Translations under genes and position numbers: made by a program
Shown here: in pieces, positions 8,237-16,245 of the stretch
Layout of the letters: each line of letters begins with the position of its first letter
Numbering within the stretch: position 1 is the stretch's first letter
The notes under the pieces: model-generated
What the model was told of the DNA's origin: nothing
Database searches by the model: none
What the model saw: the letters and a program-made list of their open reading frames with translations, nothing else
NCBI GenBank assembly: GCA_963759665.1
Contig: CAVXAC010000002.1
Span: forward strand, 482,995 to 546,994
Direction of reading: 5' to 3'
DNA: 64,000 nucleotides
DNA from: Pyrinomonadaceae bacterium
GTDB taxonomy: Bacteria > Acidobacteriota > Blastocatellia > Pyrinomonadales > Pyrinomonadaceae

Positions 8237-10723
8237 ATGAAACCATCAGATGAATTGATGAAACGACCGGCTGATCCCGCAGCCCTCGATCGTCCAAACG
8301 AATACACCTGGTCGCCGGCCGGCTATAACTACGGTGTTGATCCAAACGCCGAAACAGAAGTCCACCTCCTCGATTATTGGAGAGCTGTTCGCAAGCGACT
8401 GTGGCTCGTTTTGGGTGTGGTTGCGCTCATTACGGCGCTCACCGTGCTCTACGTGGCGCGTAAGCCTGACATTTATCAAGCCAGCTCTCGAGTCCAGATT
8501 GACCTGGAAAACAATGCCGCGCTAATTGGCAAGACTCCCTACCTGTTTGGTCCGAGCAACGATCCTGTCTACTTCAACACGCAGTTACAGATTCTTGAAA
8601 GTCCGGGACTCATGCGGCGCGTAGTGAGGTCGCTCGATCTCGAGCACAATCCCGACTTCTTCAAGGGAAACTCAACCCAGAAACGGACTACCTGGCAGAC
8701 CGTCAAGGGGATGTTTGGACTAAAGGTGAATGATGCTCCCGCTCCTTCCGCAAGACCCAAAGATGAACTTCCCTTGCGCACCGTGGTCGCTGAACAAACC
8801 GCTAAAGAAGATCTGGTAGAAGCCAAACGGGTGAGCCCATTTGTGGCTTCAATACTGGGCGGGCTGCGCATCGATCCGGTAAAGGAGTCGCGTGGTGCGT
8901 ATAAGGAAACGCGTCTCATCGACATCAGCTACACGCACGGCGATCCCGATGTAGCCGCCAAAGTGGTGAACGCGATTGCGGAGACCTATGTAGCAAACAA
9001 CGTCGAGAAAAGGAGTGACACAAACATCAGTACGGCTGATTTTCTGCAAAAGAGAATTGCCGAATTGCAGGAAAATATCCGCACAGACGAAGAGCGTCTG
9101 CTTAACTACGCCAGAAACAACAAGATCATTTCTCTTGACGCCGGGCAAAACACGGTAGTCGAGAGGCTGACTGCTCTTAACAAGCAGTTGCTGGACGCTG
9201 AGAATGCTCGCATCGAGGCCGAATCCAGATTTAATGCCGCCCGAACTGGAAATGCTGCAAACGCGTTGGCCGATGCCGATGCGAAACAGGCTAGCGAATC
9301 AGAAGGCAAGCTGGCGGAGTTGCGCCAGAAGCGCGTGTTGCTATTGGTAGACGCAACCGAAGAGGCGCCGGAAGTGAAAGAGGTTAATCAGCAGATCGCC
9401 GAGCTCGAGCGTCAGGCGGCTGAGACCCGCAAGAACAAGAGCACCAACATTCTGCAAAACCTGGAGACCGCCTATCGCCAGACACTCGGCCGCGAACAGG
9501 CTTTGCGTCGAGCGTTTGAGCAGTCGCGCAGTGAAACGGTAACGCAGAACGAAGCAGCTATTAACTACCGCATCATCCAACAGGAAATTGAGACCAACAA
9601 AACCTTGCTCGATAGCTTGCTTTCTCGCTCCAAAGAGAACGATGTGCTGACAGCAAACAAGCCGAATAACGTTTCAGTGGTTGACTACGCAATTCCTCCA
9701 ACTGGACCAGTTGGTCCAAACCGCACCAGGACGGTCTTCATGGCGATGTTCCTGGCGCTTGGTTTAGGCGTGGGGTTGGCTTTGTTTCTTGAGTACCTCG
9801 ATGACACAGTGCGGTCAAGCGAAGAAGTCGAACGCGTGCTTCACCTCGCCGCCCTCGCGGTCATCCCTTCAGCCAGCGGCTCGATGGGCCGTCGCTTGCG
9901 ATCCGCTCCCGGTGCACTGCAAAAGCGTAACGGAAACGGAAACGGCAACGGCATCGGCCACGGGAGTCTCAATCCCGAGCTGCTGATGAATGTAGACAGC
10001 CACTCGCCGCTGGCGGAGTCATACCGTCAGTTGCGCACCTCGGTGTTGCTTTCAACTGCCGGACGAGCGCCGAAATCACTCTTAGTTACTTCGAGTCTTC
10101 CGGGAGAAGGGAAGACCACGACCGCAGTGAACACTGCAATCAGCCTGGCCCAGACGGGCGCCAGCGTCGTCATCATCGACGCGGACATGCGCCGGCCGCG
10201 TCTACGCTCGATTTTCGGATTGTCTGAACGGGCTGGTTTAAGCTCAGTACTCTCGAGCGAAGTTTCTCCTCAGGACATGCTTTCGATGATCGCGAAGGAC
10301 GCATCCACCGGCTTGCACGTTTTGACCTCCGGACCTATCCCACCAAACCCTGCAGAATTGATTGGCTCTGATCAAATGCGCCGGCTAATCGCGACGCTGC
10401 AAGGTGAATTCACACATGTTGTGATCGATTCGCCGCCGATTACGTCATTCACAGACGGCGTGCTGATTGCGACCATGGTTGATGGCGTGTTGCTGGTGGT
10501 CCATGGCGGAAAGAGTTCGCGAAAAGTGGTTAGGCGTTCGCGACAGTTGCTGATGGACGTGGGCGCCAAGATCTTCGGCGTCGTACTCAACAAGGTCAAT
10601 CTCCAGTCCCACGATTACTACTACTACAACAAAGGCTACTACGCCGCCCGTGGTTACAAGACCGACGTCGATGAGGAAGAGACGACCGAGCAGGCGGCTG
10701 CCCCTGGAGTCCTGAATCTGTGA
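8237..10723 (+). CDS. wzc: polysaccharide co-polymerase / BY-tyrosine kinase (Wzc/GumC-like PCP-2a)
   Basis: 828 aa. Wzz-type N-terminus with a TM segment and a long coiled-coil periplasmic region. Kinase domain has Walker A PGEGKTTTA, A' VIIDADMRRP and B VVIDSPP. C-terminal Tyr cluster HDYYYYNKGYYAARGY. Confidence 0.93.
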   Translation: MKPSDELMKRPADPAALDRPNEYTWSPAGYNYGVDPNAETEVHLLDYWRAVRKRLWLVLGVVALITALTVLYVARKPDIYQASSRVQIDLENNAALIGKTPYLFGPSNDPVYFNTQLQILESPGLMRRVVRSLDLEHNPDFFKGNSTQKRTTWQTVKGMFGLKVNDAPAPSARPKDELPLRTVVAEQTAKEDLVEAKRVSPFVASILGGLRIDPVKESRGAYKETRLIDISYTHGDPDVAAKVVNAIAETYVANNVEKRSDTNISTADFLQKRIAELQENIRTDEERLLNYARNNKIISLDAGQNTVVERLTALNKQLLDAENARIEAESRFNAARTGNAANALADADAKQASESEGKLAELRQKRVLLLVDATEEAPEVKEVNQQIAELERQAAETRKNKSTNILQNLETAYRQTLGREQALRRAFEQSRSETVTQNEAAINYRIIQQEIETNKTLLDSLLSRSKENDVLTANKPNNVSVVDYAIPPTGPVGPNRTRTVFMAMFLALGLGVGLALFLEYLDDTVRSSEEVERVLHLAALAVIPSASGSMGRRLRSAPGALQKRNGNGNGNGIGHGSLNPELLMNVDSHSPLAESYRQLRTSVLLSTAGRAPKSLLVTSSLPGEGKTTTAVNTAISLAQTGASVVIIDADMRRPRLRSIFGLSERAGLSSVLSSEVSPQDMLSMIAKDASTGLHVLTSGPIPPNPAELIGSDQMRRLIATLQGEFTHVVIDSPPITSFTDGVLIATMVDGVLLVVHGGKSSRKVVRRSRQLLMDVGAKIFGVVLNKVNLQSHDYYYYNKGYYAARGYKTDVDEEETTEQAAAPGVLNL

Positions 10724-10737
10724 ACTGGCGCGGAGCG

Positions 10738-10988
10738 CCGCAAAGGGCGAAGGGCGAAGCATCGCTGGTTCTACTGAACGCGGACATGCGGCCACATTTT
10801 CGATTTGAAGACTTGGAGATATGGCACCTTGCCAGGGGACTCGCAGTCAAGCTTCACCAGTAGAACAGGCGAGATCGATCCGTTGTTGGTTGACTGCGAT
10901 ATGTTGAGTCGCAAGATTACAAACTTTTCAAGGAGTCTCGGCCCAGGGAAATAGCGCAGCCCTTTGCTCTTAGCCCTTCGCCCTTTGC
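10738..10988. mobile_element. IVS-like hairpin cassette with AAGGGCG-repeat arms carrying an internally deleted four-helix-bundle gene
   Basis: Left arm CAAAGGGCGAAGGGCGAAGC (10741-10760) is complementary to right arm GCCCTTTGCTCTTAGCCCTTCGCCCTTTGC (10959-10988). The interior is homologous to both ends of the 13476-13838 gene. Confidence 0.55.
10786..10954 (+). pseudogene. four-helix-bundle protein (23S rRNA IVS protein family) remnant, internal deletion plus frame change
   Basis: MRPHFRFEDLEIWHLARGLAVKLHQ-stop aligns with the N-terminus of the intact paralogue. GEIDPLLVDCDMLSRKITNFSRSL (another frame) aligns with its C-terminus. The central part is missing. Confidence 0.8.
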
Positions 10989-10994
10989 TCGAAC

Positions 10995-11999
10995 ATGAAA
11001 AAGGCTCTAATCACCGGCATCACTGGCCAGGACGGTTCTTACCTGGCTGAGTTGCTTCTTAACAAAGGCTACGAAGTGCACGGCATTATCCGGCGCGCTT
11101 CAACTTTCAATACCGGTCGCATAGATCATCTCTACGCAGACCCACACATAAACGGTGTGCACCTGTTCCTTCATTATGGGGACATCGCTGATTCGACCAA
11201 TCTCATAAAGCTGATTTATCGCATTCAACCCGACGAGGTTTATCACCTGGCGGCACAGAGCCATGTGCGCGTTAGCTTTGATATTCCGGAGTACACCGGC
11301 GATGTCACCGCGCTCAGTACCATCCGAATCCTCGAAGCGATTCGCGAAACGGGTGTCAACTCACGATTTTATCAGGCCAGTAGCTCCGAAATGTTCGGCA
11401 AGGTCCATGAGGTTCCTCAAAGAGAGACCACGCCGTTTTACCCGCGCTCGCCGTACGGCGCAGCCAAAGTCTACGCGTACTGGTCCACCGTCAATTATCG
11501 CGAGAGCTATGGGCTCTTCGCCTGCAACGGAATTCTGTTTAATCATGAAAGCCCGCGACGGGGCGAGACGTTTGTTACACGCAAAGTGACGCGCGCTGCC
11601 GCACGCATCAAGGCCGGACTCCAGGATAAGCTCTATCTTGGCAACCTCGAAGCCAAGCGAGATTGGGGCTATGCGAAGGAATACGTTGAGGCTATGTGGC
11701 TCATGCTGCAACAGGACCAGCCTGACGACTATGTGATTGCGACGGGTGAAACACATTCTGTCCAGGAGTTTGTTGAAGCAACATTTTCCGCTCTCGATCT
11801 TGATTGGGAAAAATACGTCGAGATCGATCCAAAGTATTACCGGCCGGCCGAGGTTGATCTGCTGGTGGGCGATGCCAGCAAGGCCAAGCGCCTACTGAAT
11901 TGGGAGCCAACCACCACCTTCAAAGGCCTGGTGGATCTGATGGTTGACGCCGACATGGCCGAAGTTGCGACCCGTGAACTCCAGCCGCAGCGTGTTTGA
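10995..11999 (+). CDS. gmd: GDP-mannose 4,6-dehydratase
   Basis: 334 aa with [37 protein letters not shown] and [15 protein letters not shown], all hallmark Gmd motifs. Confidence 0.95.
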   Translation: MKKALITGITGQDGSYLAELLLNKGYEVHGIIRRASTFNTGRIDHLYADPHINGVHLFLHYGDIADSTNLIKLIYRIQPDEVYHLAAQSHVRVSFDIPEYTGDVTALSTIRILEAIRETGVNSRFYQASSSEMFGKVHEVPQRETTPFYPRSPYGAAKVYAYWSTVNYRESYGLFACNGILFNHESPRRGETFVTRKVTRAAARIKAGLQDKLYLGNLEAKRDWGYAKEYVEAMWLMLQQDQPDDYVIATGETHSVQEFVEATFSALDLDWEKYVEIDPKYYRPAEVDLLVGDASKAKRLLNWEPTTTFKGLVDLMVDADMAEVATRELQPQRV

Positions 12000-12000
12000 C

Positions 12001-12436
12001 TGTCCGACATGCTCGAATGTCCGACATGCTTCAGCTTGTCGCCAACAATTAAGATTTCAAGCTACGATTTCAGAAAAACCACTGTTGAGTGTCACGTCCC
12101 TCACGACAAGCTGAAGCATGTCGAACGGCTTTGCACAAAAAGTCGCGGTTGGTTGGGTTAGCATGTACATTCACAAAGTATGGCCCAGGTGTGGTTACGC
12201 GAAGCGATCTCATTAACACCGCGGCTTTAGCCCGGTGTTCACAGGGCATGGCAAGTTTTCCTAACCGTTTTAACGGTTTACAGTCGCCCGCTAAAAAACC
12301 GTTGAAACGGTTACCCTCCTTTTGCAGGCCGCGTGATCACCGGGCTGAAGCCACGGTGTTAATGAGATCGCTTCGCGTCAACCTGGATCGGAGTTTTTGT
12401 CCAAGGCTATGTCGAACATTAAGCATGTCGAACATT
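12001..12436. repeat. nested palindromic element in the gmd-fcl gap
   Basis: Outer arms: 2 x TGTCCGACATGCT (12001-12030) vs 2 x ATGTCGAACA (12409-12436). A 23-bp stem pairs 12018-12041 with 12104-12126. A near-perfect 39-bp inverted repeat pairs 12199-12237 with 12338-12376 and encloses two small palindromes (AACCGTTTTAACGGTT, AACCGTTGAAACGGTT). Confidence 0.75.
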
Positions 12437-12445
12437 TGATCACCA

Positions 12446-13438
12446 ATGCCTGAGTCAACTTTCCCTTACCAGAAAATAGTGGTCACCGGCGGCGCAGGCT
12501 TCCTCGGTCAGCGCGTAGTCGCGAAACTTAAAACGTATCAGGACGTCGAAGTCTTTGTTCCACGCAGCGCAGACTACAACCTCGTCGAAATGGCCGACGT
12601 AAAAAGGCTGTACGCGGACACCAGGCCCGACTTGGTCATCCACCTCGCTGCGGTAGTCGGCGGCATCGGCGCCAACCAGAAAAACCCCGCGAAATTCTTT
12701 TACGAAAACCTGATGATGGGCACGCAGTTAATTGAACAGGCCCGTTTGAATGGCGTGCGAAAATTTGTCGCGGCGGGCACTGTTTGCGCTTATCCAAAGT
12801 TCACCCCGGTGCCGTTCAAGGAAGACGACCTCTGGAACGGCTATCCTGAAGAGACAAATGCGCCCTATGGCCTGGCGAAAAAGATGATGCTGGTCCAGGC
12901 GCAAAGCTATCGCGAACAATACGGCTACAACGCCGTCTTCCTGCTGCCCGCAAATCTCTATGGGCCAAACGACAATTTTGATTTGGAAAGCTCTCACGTG
13001 ATCCCGGCGCTGATTCGCAAGTGCGTGGAAGCGCGTCGTAACGACGCCGAGTTCATCGAAGTGTGGGGAACCGGAAACGCCTCGCGTGAATTTCTTTACG
13101 TGGACGACTGCGCCGACGCGTTTGTGCGTGCCGCCGCAGATTACGACGAATCCGAGCCCGTCAACATCGGAGTTGGCAGCGAGATCACTATCCGCGACCT
13201 CGTAAATTTGATCACAAGGCTCACTGGTTTTGAAGGCGAGATCAGATGGCAAACCGACAAGCCAGACGGCCAACCACGCCGCTCCCTCGACGTCAGTCGC
13301 GCATACGAAAAGTTTGGCTTCAGAGCGCAGACCACGTTCGAAGAAGGACTGCGTAAGACGATCGAGTGGTATGAAGCGCAAAGCGCCAAGAGCCAAGGGC
13401 AAAGAGCTAAGGGCGAACAAGCAAGGGCAACGGGCTAA
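12446..13438 (+). CDS. fcl: GDP-L-fucose synthase (GDP-4-keto-6-deoxymannose 3,5-epimerase/4-reductase)
   Basis: 330 aa with [28 protein letters not shown] and HVIPALIRK, directly after gmd. The last ~17 codons ([17 protein letters not shown]) are encoded by the repeat arm of the next element. Confidence 0.9.
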   Translation: MPESTFPYQKIVVTGGAGFLGQRVVAKLKTYQDVEVFVPRSADYNLVEMADVKRLYADTRPDLVIHLAAVVGGIGANQKNPAKFFYENLMMGTQLIEQARLNGVRKFVAAGTVCAYPKFTPVPFKEDDLWNGYPEETNAPYGLAKKMMLVQAQSYREQYGYNAVFLLPANLYGPNDNFDLESSHVIPALIRKCVEARRNDAEFIEVWGTGNASREFLYVDDCADAFVRAAADYDESEPVNIGVGSEITIRDLVNLITRLTGFEGEIRWQTDKPDGQPRRSLDVSRAYEKFGFRAQTTFEEGLRKTIEWYEAQSAKSQGQRAKGEQARATG

Positions 13439-13854
13439 GGGCAAAGCAAAAATTACTACCGCGAGATAGCAAAAAATGCGACCTCACTTTCGATTTGAAG
13501 ACTTGGAAATATGGCAACTTGCCAGGGTGATGGCGGTAAAGCTACACAAGCTCGCCGACGATTTGGAGAAGAAGCGACTCTATCGTTATGCCGAGCAGTT
13601 AAGAGCAGCCGGATTGTCGCTGACAAATAATATAGCGGAGGGATCAGGGAGTACTCATTCGCGAGAGTTTCAGCAGTTTCTTAACATCGCGCGGCGATCC
13701 CTGTTTGAAGATGCGTCAATGCTGATGGTTTTTGAAAGTCTGGGTCTTTTCAAAGCAGGTGAGATCGATCCCCTTCTGATCGACTGTGACATGCTGAGTC
13801 GCAAGATTACGAACTTCTCGCGGACCCTTAGCTCTTAGCGCTTCGCCCTTAGCC
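13389..13854. mobile_element. IVS-like hairpin cassette with period-7 (GGCNAAG) arms carrying an intact four-helix-bundle gene
   Basis: Left arm is 8 heptamers (AGCCAAG GGCAAAG AGCTAAG GGCGAAC AAGCAAG GGCAACG GGCTAAG GGCAAAG, 13389-13447). Complementary right arm is CCTTAGC TCTTAGC GCTTCGC CCTTAGC (13825-13854). Confidence 0.6.
13476..13838 (+). CDS. four-helix-bundle protein (23S rRNA intervening-sequence protein family, PF05635/TIGR02436-like)
   Basis: 120 aa with FEDLEIWQLA, LTNNIAEGSGS and FLNIARRSLFE, characteristic of this family. Confidence 0.85.
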   Translation: MRPHFRFEDLEIWQLARVMAVKLHKLADDLEKKRLYRYAEQLRAAGLSLTNNIAEGSGSTHSREFQQFLNIARRSLFEDASMLMVFESLGLFKAGEIDPLLIDCDMLSRKITNFSRTLSS

Positions 13855-13861
13855 GACTCTA

Positions 13862-14704
13862 ATGACGGAAACATTCGACCTACAGATTGAAGCCGGTCAC
13901 ACGGAGAAGCACTACTGGGCCGATCTGTGGCGCTACCGTGAACTGTTCTACATCCTGGCCTGGCGCGATGTGGCGGTGCGTTACAAGCAGACGGTTGCCG
14001 GTGCTGCCTGGGCGCTTCTTCAGCCACTGCTCAGCATGCTGATCATGACGGTCATCTTCGGCAAGATCGCCGGCCTGCCGTCTGAAGGAAACGCGCCCTA
14101 CGCGATCATGGTTTTCGCAGCCATGCTGCCGTGGCAGTTCTTTGCGAACGCACTGTCGTCGTCGAGTCAGAGTGTAGTTAGCAACGCGCAACTCATTTCA
14201 AAGATCTATTTTCCGCGCCTGATCATCCCCACCAGTTCGGTAGTCGTTTCCCTAATCGACTTTGCGATTGCTTTTTCGATCCTGGCCGCATTGATGGTCT
14301 GGTATCAGTTCATGCCCAGTTGGCGCCTGGTAACCCTGCCGTTGTTCGTGTTGCTGGCGATCATCGCCGCCTTAGGTCCGGGTCTGATCATCACGGCGTT
14401 GACGGTTCGCTACCGCGACTTTCGCATCGTGATTCCGTTTGTGGTCCAGTTTGGTTTGTATGTGAGCCCGGTGGCCTATAGCACAGCGGTGGTGCGTGGG
14501 AAGTTGGGCGACACTCTGTTCCTGCTCTACTCGCTGAATCCGATGGTGGGCGTGATCGATGGATTCCGTTGGGCCATCCTCGGCGGCGCCAGCCAACTCG
14601 ATCCGCGCGGTTTCACTCTTTCTGTCGTGCTGAGTCTGATTCTCCTTTTTATCGGCATCTGGTACTTCCGCAAAACCGAACGCGTCTTCGCGGATGTGAT
14701 CTGA
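13862..14704 (+). CDS. wzm: ABC-2 type polysaccharide exporter permease (Wzm/TagG/KpsM-like)
   Basis: 280 aa with six predicted TM segments. N-terminal YRELFYILAWRDVAVRYKQT and KIYFPRLIIP are typical of ABC-2 permeases. Confidence 0.9.
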   Translation: MTETFDLQIEAGHTEKHYWADLWRYRELFYILAWRDVAVRYKQTVAGAAWALLQPLLSMLIMTVIFGKIAGLPSEGNAPYAIMVFAAMLPWQFFANALSSSSQSVVSNAQLISKIYFPRLIIPTSSVVVSLIDFAIAFSILAALMVWYQFMPSWRLVTLPLFVLLAIIAALGPGLIITALTVRYRDFRIVIPFVVQFGLYVSPVAYSTAVVRGKLGDTLFLLYSLNPMVGVIDGFRWAILGGASQLDPRGFTLSVVLSLILLFIGIWYFRKTERVFADVI

Positions 14705-14707
14705 GAA

Positions 14708-14896
14708 CAGAAGTCAGAAGTCAGAAGGCAGAAGTCAGAAGTCAGAAGTCAGAAATCGACGAGCGAATGACATCAATGGTTGTGCAGATAATTAGCCCGG
14801 TTAATGCTTGCGGGTTGGGAAGAACGAATTCTGCCTTCTGACTTCTGACTTCTGACTTCTGACTTCTGACTTCTGACTTCTGACTCCTGACTCCTG
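14708..14896. repeat. empty giant hairpin: 7 x GAAGTCA vs ~9 x TTCTGAC around a ~70-nt loop
   Basis: Tandem heptamers at 14708-14757 are reverse-complementary to tandem heptamers at 14829-14896. A T6 run follows, then the wzt ATG at 14907. Confidence 0.85.
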
Positions 14897-14906
14897 TTTT
14901 TTCTTC

Positions 14907-16245
14907 ATGTCCGTAGTAATCAGCGTCGAGAACCTCGGCAAGAAATACACCATCGGTCGCAACGGCGCCGGCACGGACGGACTGCGTCACGCTATCCATG
15001 ATTTCTTCGCCTCACCGTTTCGTCGCCTTGGTCAGCCGGCACCTGACACCCGAAACCTGACACCGGATCTGACTTCTGACCTCCGACCTCTGACCTCTGG
15101 TTCCGAAGACTTCTGGGCCCTCAAAGACGTCTCCTTCGAAGTGAAGCAAGGCGAAGTCGTCGGCATCATCGGCCGCAACGGCGCAGGGAAGTCAACGCTG
15201 CTGAAGATCCTGAGCCGCATCACCGAGCCGACCACCGGTCGACTACGCATCCGCGGCCGCGTCGCCAGTCTGCTTGAGGTAGGCACCGGCTTTCATCCCG
15301 AGCTAACCGGCCGCGAAAACATCTTTCTCAACGGCGCCATCCTCGGCATGAGTCGCGCCGAGATCAAACGCAAGTTCGACGAGATCGTCGCCTTCGCCGA
15401 AGTCGAACAATTCCTGGACACGCCCGTTAAGCGTTACTCCATCGGCATGTACGTCCGCCTCGCCTTCGCCGTCGCCGCCCACCTGGAACCGGAGATATTG
15501 ATCGTCGACGAAGTGCTGGCGGTCGGCGACGCTCAGTTTCAGAGAAGTGCCTGGGCAAGATGAACGAAGTGCCCGACAGCGGGCGGACGGTGCTCTTTGT
15601 CAGCCACAGATGAGCGCGGTCGAGGAACTGTGTGCGCGAGCGATCCTCCTGAACCACGGCTCCATTGAACGCTCCGGCGCGACTCATGATGTGGTGGCCC
15701 ATTACCTCACCTCGGCGCTCGCTAAATCGGGCGCGCAGATTGGTGGAGAGGCGGAGCGCGAGGGCACCGGAAATGCGCGCATTACCAAGCTCGAGTTGCT
15801 TGCCGCCGAAACCGATTCGCCGATCGGTACGCTGACTTTTGGGCAGTCCTTTCGCCTCCGCCTTCACTATCGCGCTTCGAAGCGCCTGTCTGACCCGCGT
15901 TTCGGATTTGCCTTGCAGTCGGACAAGGGTGAGCGCGTGTTCCAGACCGAAACAACAGAAATTAACTATCGGATACCGGCCATTGAAGGTGACGGCTGGT
16001 TCGACTGTCTCGTGAAGTCGCCGAATATTCTGCCGGGCCTCTTCTATCTCGAAGCCTGGATCATCGAGCAGGTGAACGTTGCTTTCGCCGACCACTTGTT
16101 TAGAGCGGCGCGGATTGAGATTGACGTCGACCCCGTTCTGCAACATCAATTGACCTATCTTACATATCCCGGGCGGGGCCGTGTCTTTATGGACTGTCAG
16201 TGGTCGCACGCCGAACAAACTAACGAAGTGTATGCTGCGAGATAA
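14907..16245 (+). pseudogene. wzt: ABC polysaccharide exporter ATPase (Wzt/TagH-like) with C-terminal glycan-binding domain, two frameshifts
   Basis: Walker [13 protein letters not shown], signature [11 protein letters not shown], Walker [13 protein letters not shown]. The frame is lost at ~15543 and ~15607. The corrected reading is QFQ(K)[18 protein letters not shown](Q)MSAVEEL. The C-terminal 200 aa look like a Wzt_C jelly-roll. Confidence 0.8.

Noticed and set aside
12089-12439. 116-aa + strand ORF in the gmd-fcl gap
   Set aside because: It simply reads through nested palindromes, so its sequence mirrors itself (..RSDLINTAALA.. / ..AEATVLMRSLR..). It has no family resemblance and no start context.
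13476-13838. Diversity-generating retroelement, because the four-helix-bundle family includes DGR Avd
   Set aside because: There is no reverse transcriptase, no template/variable repeat pair and no target gene with a C-terminal variable region anywhere in the window.
14708-14896. Possible CRISPR array, because of the many short direct repeats
   Set aside because: The units are 7 nt and contiguous, with no spacers. The two blocks are reverse complements of each other. No cas genes are present in the window.
15540-15612. Programmed ribosomal frameshifting in wzt
   Set aside because: Two separate shifts lie 64 nt apart with no slippery heptamer or downstream pseudoknot. The same kind of lesion is seen in about 15 neighbouring genes. 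Mutation or sequencing error is far more likely.
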